Source of the DNA: Balanoglossus misakiensis
Taxonomy: Eukaryota; Animalia; Hemichordata
DNA length: 64,000 nt
NCBI GenBank assembly: GCA_040954595.2
Contig: CM082585.2
Coordinates: 5,481,808-5,545,807 of the forward strand
Direction of reading: 5' to 3'
Position 1 is the first letter of the stretch, and every line of letters begins with the position of its first letter. Positions 13,601 to 25,070 of this stretch are shown one piece after another. Under the pieces are notes generated by a model. The model did no database searches. It saw only the letters and a program-made list of their open reading frames with translations, and was not told the DNA's origin. Made by a program: the position numbers and the translations under genes.

Positions 13601-16600
13601 TGATTCAAATGTATGTGATCCATATCAAAAGCTTATGATATCAGGTTAAAAACAAAATATCGTTCATTGACCTCTCGATGGTGCTCTTTTGAAGTTTGCA
13701 TACAGGTGCCAACCATATCCAAAGTATAGCTTTGTTTATAGCAGTGAGTGTTAGTATATGTTTGTGATTCAATCTCTGTTTCATTTGCAGTGTCGAGTGT
13801 TGAAGATTACAATTCTTGGTGACGAGGGCTTGCCTATCCAGGTCGATGGAGAAGCATGGGTTCAGCCGCCAGGTTTCATCAAAATTATTCACAAAAACAG
13901 AGCACAGATGCTGATAAGAGATCGGGTAAGTGACTTCTAACAGTGTTAAATTTGGAATTTTGTAAGTGTTTATGGAACAGGCAGGTTTCTCCTGTTTGTC
14001 CGAAGAGGGTACTGACCCGTTCTTGTCTATATCTCCATGTATGCGTCACTGTAACAGGGGAGCTACAGTGCCATTGGCGCTATTTTTACTGTCTGCACAG
14101 TGGACCAAACTATTCTGTGTAATAACTATGTAGAAACCATTTTGTTATATCAACCATTGTGTTAATCTTATGTTGTTGTTTTTTGGTGGTGGTTCTACTG
14201 ATATACGGGAGAATTTTAACATGTTTGATGTTTGACCCGCTCACTGGAGTAAACAGCACTCAAATGCACCACGCACAAACATTAACCTTGGTTGGGTTTT
14301 AATGCTGAGGACATTCATCTTCTTTTCAGGCCTTTGAAACGACGCTGAAAATTTGGGCGGACAAGCAGAAAGTGGAGAAGGGCAAGCCACTGCAGTCGCA
14401 GCCAATCACGGACGAGGAAGCTAATATCTTGACACCATTCTCAGAAGCATCTGCAGCTCTGATTAGAAGGTAAGCATCCTTGGCATGAAATTGGACTTAG
14501 TCATTTCTGTAGTCTGCACTTCAGATTAAACAAGTAAATTTTAATTTTTTCCCCACGAAATTTTAGATTAATGTTTGATCAAAACTGACAAGATTGTAAA
14601 ATTTGTCCACTGTACTTTCTGTATTTCCCCAAATCTCCACAAATTTCATCACCATATATACTAAATTTCTGTATGTAAAAAATTCTATACATAGCTGAAG
14701 AATTTGAACACTGACAAACAGAATATAATACATGTACTAGAATCAATATTTATGATGACGATGTTGAAAGGTTTAGAACAAAACTGGTATTTAAGTAATC
14801 TGTACATTGAAAAAAACACAGCTAAGTTATGAAATTTTTGCCAAATGCTCGTGCGATATTTCAGTACTCACAGACACACTCACATCCTCTTGGTGTTAGA
14901 CAGCACCCTCAAGTGACGATGTTTCATTGAAAAAAGACAAGTTGATCCTATAACTCTTGATGGATTTGTGTGTTGTTTTTTCCAGTGTAAAGATTGCCAC
15001 TATCAGCCACAGCACAGTGGAGCAAGAACTGTCACCGTACGCAGCGTCTGCCTCTAGCAGTTTGGACGTGCTCTTTCCAGGCGGTCAAATTGCAGAGGTA
15101 GGAGAGATTTCAGTCTGCAAGTCCTGTGGCAAACCACTCAGAGAATCTTCCATCAGTGGTGCAATCTGTGTGAAGTGTGTATTAAGGGCTCGGTCGAATC
15201 ATGAGAAATTGACCATAGCATTGAAAATCCTAGACTCTCTCACAGCCCACGGTTTGCTACAAGGCTCTTAATTGACGCGCCATCAACCATAGAGGTGAAG
15301 CCCCATGTTGTGTTGTGTAGCGAACCTTTCGCTGGGCACAAATGCAATCAGACCATAAGCCTGCATGGACGGCGAGAGGGGCTGTGACAGAGTCTATGAT
15401 TGAAGATCCTACTCTTACAGGAAAGAGGACCCCGTAACAGCACAAAAGATTTCATACAATAAATCGTCAGTAATCCCAGTCCAACATACTCCTTTGTCAA
15501 TCTTACAGGTTGAAATGCATGTGGTAACTTTGGGTCTTCAATATGTCTTCTTGAAAACTGAGTATTTTTTCCTTCATTAACATGATGTGCCTGTCTTCTT
15601 TGCAGGGTGCTAACCGCAAGAATGTGATCGACTTCATCAATAGTGTGAGAACACTTCACCAAGAGACTGCAGTATTTCTGAACACAAAGTCATACAACTT
15701 GGTACGTCAACATTTCTTCTTTTATTCACAGACTTCAGTGCCAGTCAGGTGACCTTACAGGTCACAAAACTTTTTCCATTATGATAGAGACTGGCTATCT
15801 TCTTTTAAAGGGACAAAGTCTCTCTCTCGCTGCCCTTTTTCCATTAATTATGTTTGATGCAAGACACCGTTTATGTTATTCTACATGTGGATATATAGTC
15901 AATGAACGTTCTACCACACACAACTCTCGTGTTTGCAAGTGGGATGGAAGTAATTTTAGGATATTCGTTTTATGATATATGGATGCTGGCCTGTTTATAC
16001 AATCTGATCATGGTTTCTCTTTATTCTTGGTATAGGATGTCAGATTACGGGAAGAGTTAGATGAGAAATTGACCATAGCTTTGCAGAATGTTGACACTGA
16101 ACTGAGAAAAGTTGTCAATATTGAAGGAGTCAGTTATGATGATGAGGTAAATAGAAGCACTCAATTTCCATCAGTTCAAATTTTCCATTCAAACATTTCT
16201 CCCATTTATATGGTGTTTCTGTCATTGTAAATTATTACATCTGGTTTGAGAATCACTTTTCTAATTGTGACTCAGTATTTGTGTAGAATGGATTTTCAAG
16301 AGAAGATGTATTCTTATTCTGTAATGGACAAGTGTGAAGTCCAACATAAACGAATATAATAAAAATAATAATTAAATGTACAATATTAACAATTAACAAT
16401 TACCAATTAATATCTTTCTCCCTTCGCCTTCGCCTCCCCTCCCCCCCCCCCCTCCCTCTGATGATACAGGCTGAACAGAAGAGGAAAGGCACCAAAGCAA
16501 AGACGCAAAGCACACCTAAGATCAAGAAACTCTCCAAGAAAGATCTGAAGGAACTGGAGAAGAGATATGCAGCTGTACAAGCCGGTATGTACTCTTTTAA

Positions 16601-17901
16601 AAATATGAGAGAAGAAAACGTTGGTACAAGTACATGTACTTCTGTCACAAGTCTCTCTTGTGGACTTCTACATGTACATTCACAAGCTAATGATTCTGCA
16701 TTTGCTTTCATATTTGTAATTTGAGCATGATCTGAATTTATGAGTGTTGTGAATAGTCACAACCAGGGATATTTTCGTAAGTGGAACAAAACATTTGAAT
16801 ATGTTGTTAAATGTTGTTGCCAGCCTCAGTTGCCTTAGATTTCACAATTACTGCAAGATTACGATACTGTTGTTTTGGAAAAAAATTAGCTTGAATTTGA
16901 TTTCTTTTTTGTTCTCGCTCCACAGCTGAATACGGTCAAGAGATGTCTGTCAGAGCAGGTAATTATTTTCAATGTGTTCTCTGTGAATGTGTGAGATAAT
17001 GACTGTGATTGGTTAAGATCATATCACATGACAGTAAAAATGCTAATGATATTCATTGTTCATTTCACTCATAACCCTCTACCAACATCACAAAAGAAGG
17101 AAATCTGGGTTCTAATAAGTCTGTTACAACATAAATATAAATATTGAAAATGAAAATTAAACATGCTGCTCTTTGTTTGACAGGTGCAGTGAAGTCGTGG
17201 GGAACAGATGAAGTCGCGTCCTGGTTGGACAGCCTTTCCCTGAGTGAATATAAAGAAAACTTTATCGGCCATGACATCAGAGGGTCAGAGTTGCTCATTC
17301 TTGAAAGGAGAGACTTAAAGGTGGGTAGTTGTATTTTTAAGCAGTGTGCGGGTACGATCAGGTGTCCGTGATAGAAGGCATGAATACTGTAAAACGGGTT
17401 ATTTTCGTGACAGGAAATTTTCGTGATATCAAAAGAGGCAACTGGAGGATTAATTTTGGCATTCTCATATTTTACTATCTGCATTGTTATCTCTGAAAAG
17501 ATTTTACACAATTTTTTATTTCAACGTTTTTTTTGCTCTCGCGTATTTGGCGAAAATTTGTTGCTCACGAAAATAACCCATGTTACAGTATTTCAGCTCA
17601 GAATGAGTTCTTGAAAGAGGGTGTTATGATGCCAATAAAATGTTCTTGAAAGAGGATGTTATACAGTTGCGGTCCATTGCATGTTAGCACACAGCATTTT
17701 TAGCATTATCCGATTGTCACCGACAGTTACTTCTACATTTTCATCAAGGTTAGAAATATTGTATATAAATATTGTTTTTTTTTTTTATAGGAGCTGGGTG
17801 TCTCCAAAGTTGGACACATCAAACGGATTTTGCAGAGCATCAAAGAAATGCACACCCAGGAGCGACTGGCCATTTATCTGAGAAACCCACCAAGTCCTTG
17901 A
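1666..17901 (+). CDS. DGKH: Type II diacylglycerol kinase (DGK eta/delta-like), multi-exon, 5' part upstream of window
   Basis: Exons read with phase-compatible GT-AG sites: 1666-1770 (PH end, [28 protein letters not shown]), 2048-2180 and 3741-3847 (C1a, [19 protein letters not shown]...HKRC), 4423-4548 and 5068-5330 (C1b, [14 protein letters not shown]; [15 protein letters not shown]), 5647-5755 (GGDGSVGWV), 7006-7145 ([16 protein letters not shown]), 7595-7792, 8248-8347, 8810-9122, 9590-9940, 10242-10334/10382, possibly 11145-11177, 11927-12047, 12535-12645 ([13 protein letters not shown]), 12850-12946, 13042-13149, 13441-13554, 13791-13925 ([12 protein letters not shown]), 14330-14469, 14986-15097, 15606-15701, 16036-16146, 16470-16584, 16926-16958, 17184-17320 and 17791-17901 ([18 protein letters not shown]...[13 protein letters not shown]). 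The symbol is approximate; the gene is probably co-orthologous to DGKH/DGKD/DGKK. Confidence 0.95.
7811..8190. repeat. (TCAA)n imperfect microsatellite
   Basis: atcaatcaatca tract filling most of the DGK intron 7793-8247. Confidence 0.95.
8601..8760. mobile_element. pogo-like MITE (~160 bp)
   Basis: ta|cagtcaaacctctctatagtggcca...; reverse-complement homolog at 51235-51395. Confidence 0.82.
12062..12322. mobile_element. MITE-like inverted-repeat element in DGK intron
   Basis: atagacccctttcatgacc..tttacatcctggtgttttgt pairs with acaaaatgccaggatgtaaagttaggggtcatgaaagtggcctgt; a similar terminus occurs at ~31558. Confidence 0.65.
12653..12795. mobile_element. Partial copy of the 63278 MITE family directly after a DGK splice donor
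   Basis: gacaaagtctctctctcg...gctgccccttttccattaattatgtttg...aacgttcaaccacacacaacttc matches 63281-63400. Confidence 0.8.
15809..15950. mobile_element. Partial copy (one arm) of the 63278 MITE family
   Basis: ttaa|agggacaaagtctctctctcgctgccctttttccattaattatgtttgatgcaagacacc matches the sequence from 63278 onward. Confidence 0.85.
17387..17588. mobile_element. TA-flanked MITE (CTGTAA termini)
   Basis: ta|ctgtaaaacgggttattttcgtg...cacgaaaataacccatgttacag|ta; more degenerate elements with similar ends at ~2331-2530 and ~56422-56647. Confidence 0.8.
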
Positions 17902-18928
17902 ACGAGGACGAATCACAATTTACAACCCTGGAAAGAGGATGGGTCCGTCATGTGACCCACGTCTTCCTTCAGTGAAACGGTTTTACATGGAATATGCATG
18001 GGACTGAAGATTAGAGAAAAAGTTGTGTCTGTCCGACCGAACATTTTGTATGAAGAAGTGGAATGGGATGGTGTATGGGAACTCTTGACAAACTGATAAA
18101 TGATTTTCTTTCCTTCTCTATTAAAGCTGTTTGTAAAAATTTTGCATCGCGAGAAATGAAGTGTCGGGCTTTTAAGGATGGATGGACAACAGCAAACATT
18201 TCAAAACTTTCAACATTATGTCTTTCAATTTTTTCAAGAACTCCTTTTTCACAATCTCAGAGAGACTTTTATATCAAATTTTAGACATAGACATGTTTTT
18301 TTCTGAGACTTTTTTCAATGAATCTGTGCTCCTAAAATGTAAGTTATAAAACTCACTTTATACATTAATATCTCTAAATATATGTAAAAAAAACAACATA
18401 CATCTTTCTGAATGTTTCATACTACAAGCCTTGAAAATACATACATCACCCAGCTGATGTATGTTTGTGCAAACTTTCTTTTCATTTTTAACATTTTACA
18501 CAAGATTTTTGTAACACAAAACTGCTATGACTTTTTGTACGTTGTCTAAATCATCCCAATTGGAAATAAATTAAATTTTTATGCACATTTTCATTTTTCA
18601 TTATTGAAACAATTTGAAACTGTAAAGAAAGTCCAAATGGGACCTTATTTGTCTGTGTGGCAGAATTGAAAAATTTGCTTGTTAGCACGTTTCAAGTTCT
18701 CATTTCGTAGATGTCATTTCAATTTCTATATTGTAGATAGGCAACCCAAGTTCATAGCTGTTTTAAATTTCAAATTCATAATTAACTTTTGACATAGAGC
18801 ATCGGCATTATAATCTCGCATATCATGACACACTTTACAGCACTCTGGTTGCATAAATGTGTTACATTTGAGCAATAATGTCATTACTGAGGTTGTACAT
18901 TCGTCAAAAAACTAAATTTTTTAAATTC

Positions 18929-19049
18929 GAAAAGGATTTGGCAGCCATCTTGAATTTGAAAAGGATTTTGGCAGCCATCTTGAATTTGAAAAGGATTTTG
19001 GCAGCCATCTTGAATTTGAAAAGGATTATAGCAGCCATTTTGAATTTGA
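18929..19049. repeat. 30-bp tandem repeat, 4 copies
   Basis: aaggattttggcagccatcttgaatttgaa; each unit has a GCCATNTT core. Confidence 0.93.
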
Positions 19050-20951
19050 CACCTTTGATAGTTTGACAAGAAATGTTTCCATATCGCATATTTAGGGAAC
19101 ACACACGATGTTCTTGTCCTATTCGCTTTCATTCATGTCAATAAGAAATCTAAATCTGCTTCATTTTATATTTTTATGCAACCATCTGCAATTTTGTTTT
19201 ATATCATATATTTAATGTCCCAAAAAATCATTTTTCATTGAAGAAGAAAACAAAACATGAGTGACATTGCTATATAGTAGAACTGCAATAGAAGATGTAC
19301 ATTTTGCACTGTGATGGTTTTTACAATGGTTGTTTTCAATTTCCACTGTTAGTTTTGAATTTGAAAGTTTTTTCAACATTTCAGACACTTGTCAGATATA
19401 TGTGTACTGAGGTGCTTGCCTGCTTTTCATGTCTGTATAAAAATATGTGCTTTTGGTGCTTGACTTCTGAACTCATCAACTTTCACCTTTGAGAGCATCT
19501 GGAAATATTGCCTTTGAGGGTGGTATTTTTATTGTTGACAGAAAAGGACATTCTTGACCACTGTATTGAAAGACTATTTTGTCAAAAAAAATGCAAGAAA
19601 ATTCTCAAAATTTTGTCAATACTTTTTTCATTTATACTCGCATCTTCGAGAGTACAGTACCACACCTTGTCAAGCAGTTACTGCCTATGTTCATCTTTAA
19701 CCTTTGATTTGCATATAAGTTTTTTTAAGAACAAATATTACTGGATGGTAACCAGGTGCACTTTTTTGAAATTTTATATGTTTGTGAAACAAGTGTGGTA
19801 GATTTATATTTAGATTGTCGTTACTTAAAAAATCATTGGGTATTTCGATTTCTTTGAGGGGAATTTAGTTGGCTAGCTGGTTATTTCAGACTTTCTGGAC
19901 ATTATTGTCGTAGTCCACACAAAACTGTATTTTATGCATTTACAACCTTTCTGGAAGATTTTCTGGACACCTTTACAACCTAAATCAGAAATGCAGATAA
20001 CAATTCCCTAGAATTTCTGGTTCAGCTACACCAATAGACAATGTTTCAAGCTCACCCCCCCCCCCCCCCACCAACACCACCACCATCTGGTTGCTGACAT
20101 ATAACAAAATTGTCCGCTCGCACAGGTCATTGGCTCGACCACAGAGCAAGACCTTAGGGGGCGAAGATGATATTACAGTGTTTTGTCTACTGGACCATAC
20201 CACAGTGGAAGCAGGGGTGGTCAGCATGAAGCTATATCAGTCTGTTGGAAGTAGCATTTGCAATGATTATTGGACCAAATATATGATTTTTTTTTCATTG
20301 AGAATTCCTTGAAAACCTGTTAGTACTGCATCATGCCTGTGAAAAAGATTCAACTAGAATTCACAGCAACAGAAAAAATACACAACTTTTTGTATACACC
20401 ATTTATGCAGAGCGTCACAGACAGCCTTTATCCCACAACAAAACATTTATACTGCAATGAATTTTAAGACTTAAATAGATTCTGATTGGCCAGCAAAGCC
20501 TCAGTGTAGACATTTGACATTCCTTCAACCAATCAACATGCCTGTCACATACCAGTTTCAGTTGACATGCACTGGTAACCCTTGATTCAGTGAAACTTAC
20601 CTAACAGTGATTACGATTGGTCACATTGTGTTTTTTCTTTGAGACATATACATTTGTACATGTACCAATAAATCAACATACAGGTTTTTAAGGCCCCACA
20701 TTTACCCTAGGGTCACAAACATCTCTTTTATGTATTTAGTCAGATTTTCAATTTGCAGGCCTTGGTATAGACAATGTTTCTGCTAACTGTCATGAGCCAG
20801 TAATATGCCTGTAATTTATCTAACCCTGAAAGCTCCTGTTTTAAACCAAGCACAATTTATCAACTTTTTGTCCACACAATGTCTCTCATTCAGAAGGTTT
20901 TAAATACTGATCAATGAAATGCAAAATTTATTTTCACCTTTGTTGTGTTAA

Positions 20952-21085
20952 AGGTATACGGTCTTCTCCAACATATGGTGGCGCTCTTTTTTTCCGTGTG
21001 TGCCACCCACTGCAAATCTGTGATTGGCTAGATCTCAATTTACCACGGTAACTATATCTAAAATTGCATAGGTGACCGTATACCT
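20952..21085. mobile_element. Short TTAA-flanked MITE (internally deleted relative of 58571)
   Basis: ttaa|aggtatacggtc...gaccgtatacct|ttaa; the internal tgccacccactg...gattggctagatctcaattt is shared with 58571-58755. Confidence 0.85.
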
Positions 21086-22471
21086 TTAATGCATGATCGG
21101 GTTCTGTCAAACCACAGGCCGTGGAATAAGAACAGTTCACCGAGTACAAACTTTTCATCAACAACCGTGGTTTTTACATGTATTTACCTGCAGTATTGTT
21201 GACAAGTCAAATACAGCAGTTTCAACAAGCTTTAAGGTGTAGAACCAAGAACCAAAAGGGTAAAAAAAAAATCCACAAAAATCACAGATCTAGTTCGTTT
21301 TAAAGTCCCAATATAGCTGCCAATTTTACCATATTTTTCACTGTTTTAATCTTTTACTTTTAATCGTAAGTCAATAGGCGACAACATTTTGAATTTGTAG
21401 GGATTCTCATTCCCTTGTACGCACAGCATGATAGTTATGTACTCTTGCAATGCATGGCTAATTAAACAGGTGTGGCACCCGTTTATTATTAAGCATATTC
21501 GTATTTAAACATAAGCCACCTCAATGGTTCATAATGTTTTTGTGTCTACCCATCAGTAAGCTCATTGAAATGGACCAATCAAAGCTGGAATGTAAAAACA
21601 TGAAAATAATGCAAAAATGGCAGCTATTGGGGCTTTAAAAAATGAACTGTAAACAGCAATGGCTTGTCCGGACCCCAGACTCTCTTGTTTTTGAAAGATA
21701 TCTCAATTCTAAAAACAAAGAAAGAGCAGCATATGTGTACAGGGTATTCTTTTGTGTTGGTGTGATGTAACACTTCATGCATTAATTATGCTGTTACATC
21801 AGATGAACATGTTGCAAATTGTTTCTGTAGATCTGTAGATGCATGTCATTTGGTTAGACTAGAATTTTTGTCAAGGTGATGGGGTTTCAAAATTCTATAA
21901 CCCTTTGTGCACTTTTCAGTGTGAAGTTAGGAGTTTATGTAATGCTTTGAATAAGTCATTCAGTTAAGGGGGCTATATGTTATGCACAAACTCCCTAGCT
22001 GTATGACTGCGAATGTAATTTACATAAAGAGTCCCTAACTTGCTTATGAAAAGTCATTTATTCCTTATTCCACATTATGTCGATCACATAATATTTTTTT
22101 TCTAATTTATTGATAAAGAGCCATGATGACTGCAGGAACAGCAGAGCTCTCCTATTTTTACTCTTCTTTACTACAGAAATTCTCTATTGTACAGCCTTTT
22201 ATTGGAAATATTTGCAATAAAAATCTTCTTTTTGGCTTCTTGTACATAGTTCTGTACTTTGTGTTTTCTTCACCCATCATCGATGAAATGTCCCACAGTT
22301 CATCCAAAATCACAAATTAACCAAAGTTCGCAAAGTCGGGAATTCTTCACTTTTTGACAATTGTCATGAGCATGGAAAATTTTCATGAGCTATAACCCAG
22401 AAAATTCTGAAATTGTCGCAAACCCCATCCCCTCTGTTTGAAAGATTTGCCGTCGCAAATGTCCAGTCCTC

Positions 22472-22489
22472 GCCCGCTAGGTGGCGCTA
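22472..22489 (+). promoter_or_regulatory. CTCF-like motif ~40 bp upstream of ZNF paralog 1 ATG
   Basis: gcccgctaggtggcgcta matches the CTCF core consensus CC(A/G)(C/G)(C/T)AG(A/G)(G/T)GGC(A/G)C. Confidence 0.6.
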
Positions 22490-22524
22490 TCCAATGACCC
22501 CATGACCTTTAACCTATTGCAAAA

Positions 22525-25070
22525 ATGGAGGAAGCCAGGAGCACAATCATGCTGAGCAGGCTGTCGACAAGTGGAAACCGAGAAGACACGACACCAAGGA
22601 GTTGTTTTAGCATGTGGAACCAGTTGACAAGTGCTGGTTTGTATCTATTATTATGTGTGCTCGTCTTAAGTTCGAGAAATCACTCGCAGCTCGAGGTTTT
22701 GTGTGGACCACCTCGAAAGATTTGTCGTGCGACTGTGACCTCGAGCTACGCCAGCATTGCTGCAGTTTTGCAGCCCCTCCGTCTCCCCTGGACGATTTTT
22801 GTTTTTACGGGAAGAGGGCGGGTCCAGGGGAGATGGAGGGGCTGCAAAACTGCAGCAAAGTCATGCTGGGACTGCATTGTCGCGAAATCCTCTGATGGAT
22901 AGAATATGTGAATGATTGAATGCTTAATGCCCTATTCTTTCAGAATGTTCTGAAGTGTGGAAGCAGTACAAACATTCAAATGCGTTATTTGAAATTGCCA
23001 GCCAGTTGGAAACATCACATGGGGAAGTACGGCATCGATTTGATGTTGGCGCTGAATCCTTTGATGGTAAGTAAACATACACTTTTACTGTTACATAATC
23101 TAATATCTATTACCAGGTTCTGACAGGGAAAATTTTGAGACACTATTGTAAACACAGAACATGTCCTTGACGTTTGCCAAATGTATGGGTAATGAAAAAA
23201 TATACGACCATGGCCACTGTTGCTAACTGTATGTACTAGTATGTCATTAGCATACAGACCAGTTTGTTGAAATCTACAATATCTTTTTTTCCCCTGTGAT
23301 ACAAGTTTTTTAACCCTTTTTTGTTTCCATCCAACAGATGTGTCATTGATAATCCACACCCTGGCACACTTTGGCCATATTGAAGTGAACCCACAGGATG
23401 ATGTCATCAGTGGAGATGTTGGGAAAGCACGGGTGCTGCATTATGATGGCCAAACTGGACAGTGCCAGAGATGGTCAGCCCTTGATGAGTGTTTTCCTGC
23501 CAGCAGTGAGAATGATGAGTTCGAGGCACAGCCCTGCAGCCAGACAAGTCCTGTCTGTTTCAGGAACAGCACATTTCCAACACCTTCTGAACAGGCGGGT
23601 GAACTTCAGGGACATCAACATCCAGAAACACAAAATTCATATGAAACCCCACCTCTTAACGGGATTGAAATTTTTGAAACAAATACAACTATCTCAAGAC
23701 ATGTACACTCAGCTGGGAAGGAATTTTCAAGCACTGAACATACCTATGTGAAAGAGCACACGCGGATCCATTCAAACAGAAGACATTTTGTATGCAGTGA
23801 ATGTGGGAAAACATTTACTCAGAGTGGCACTCTAAAAATACACATGAGGATACATACAAATGAAAGACCATTTTCATGTAATGAATGTGGGAAAAGTTTT
23901 ACACGAAGTGGCAGTCTGAAGGAACACATAAGGATCCATTCAAATGAAAGACCATATTCATGTAGTGAATGTGGCAAATCTTTTTCACGAAGTGGCAATC
24001 TGAAGGAACACATAAGGATCCATTCAAATGAAAGACCATATTCATGTAGTGAATGTGGCAAATCTTTTACACGTAGTGGCAATCTGAAGGAACACATAAG
24101 GATCCATTCAAATGAAAGACCATATTCATGTGGTGAATGTGGCAAATCTTTTATACAAAGTGGCAGTCTGAAGGAACACTTAAGGATCCATTCAAATGAA
24201 AGACCATATTCATGTAGTGAATGTGGCAAATCTTTTACACGTAGTGGCAGTCTGAAGGAACACTTTAGGATCCATTCAAATGAAAGACCATATTCATGTA
24301 GTGAATGTGGCAAATCTTTTACACGAAGTGGCAGTCTGAAGGAACACTTTAGGATCCATTCAAATGAAAGACCATTTGCATGCAGTGAATGTGGCAACAC
24401 TTTCACAACACGTAGCAGTCTGCAGAAACACATGAGCTGTCATTCAAGTGAAAGACCATTTGCATGTGGGGAATGTGGGAAAACGTTTAAATCGAGACCG
24501 GATTTGAAGGTACACATGACCATCCATTCAAATGAAAGACCATATTCATGTAGTGAATGTGGGAAAACTTTTACACGAAGTGGCAGTCTGCAGAAACACA
24601 TTAGGATCCATTCAAATGAAAGACCATATTCATGTAGTGAATGTGGCAAATCTTTTTCACGAAGTTGCAGTCTGAAGGAACACTTTAGGATCCATTCAAA
24701 TGAAAGACCATATTCATGTAGTGAATGTGGCAAATCTTTTACACGAAGTGGCAGTCTGAAGGAACACTTAAAGATCCATTCAAATGAAAGACCATATTCA
24801 TGTAGTGAATGTGGCAAATCTTTTATACAAAGTGGCAATCTGAAGGAACACTTTAGGATCCATTCAAATGAAAGACCATATTCATGTAGTGAATGTGGCA
24901 AATCTTTTACACAAAGTGGCAGTCTGAAGGAACACTTTAGGATCCATTCAAATGAAAGACCATTTGCATGCAGTGAATGTGGCAACACTTTCACAGCACG
25001 TAGAACTCTGAAGAAACACATGAGGCTTCATTCAAATGAAAGACCAAGCTTTCACAAGGAACAGAGTTGA
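22525..25070 (+). CDS. C2H2 zinc-finger protein, 15 tandem fingers (paralog 1), 3 exons
   Basis: Exons 22525-22636, 22944-23066 and 23338-25070 join in frame (phase 1/1, GT-AG). Exon 3 encodes 15 fingers of the form CSECGKSF..SG.LKEH.RIH with SNERP linkers, preceded by one degenerate finger. The finger exon is certain; exons 1-2 are inferred. Confidence 0.9.
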
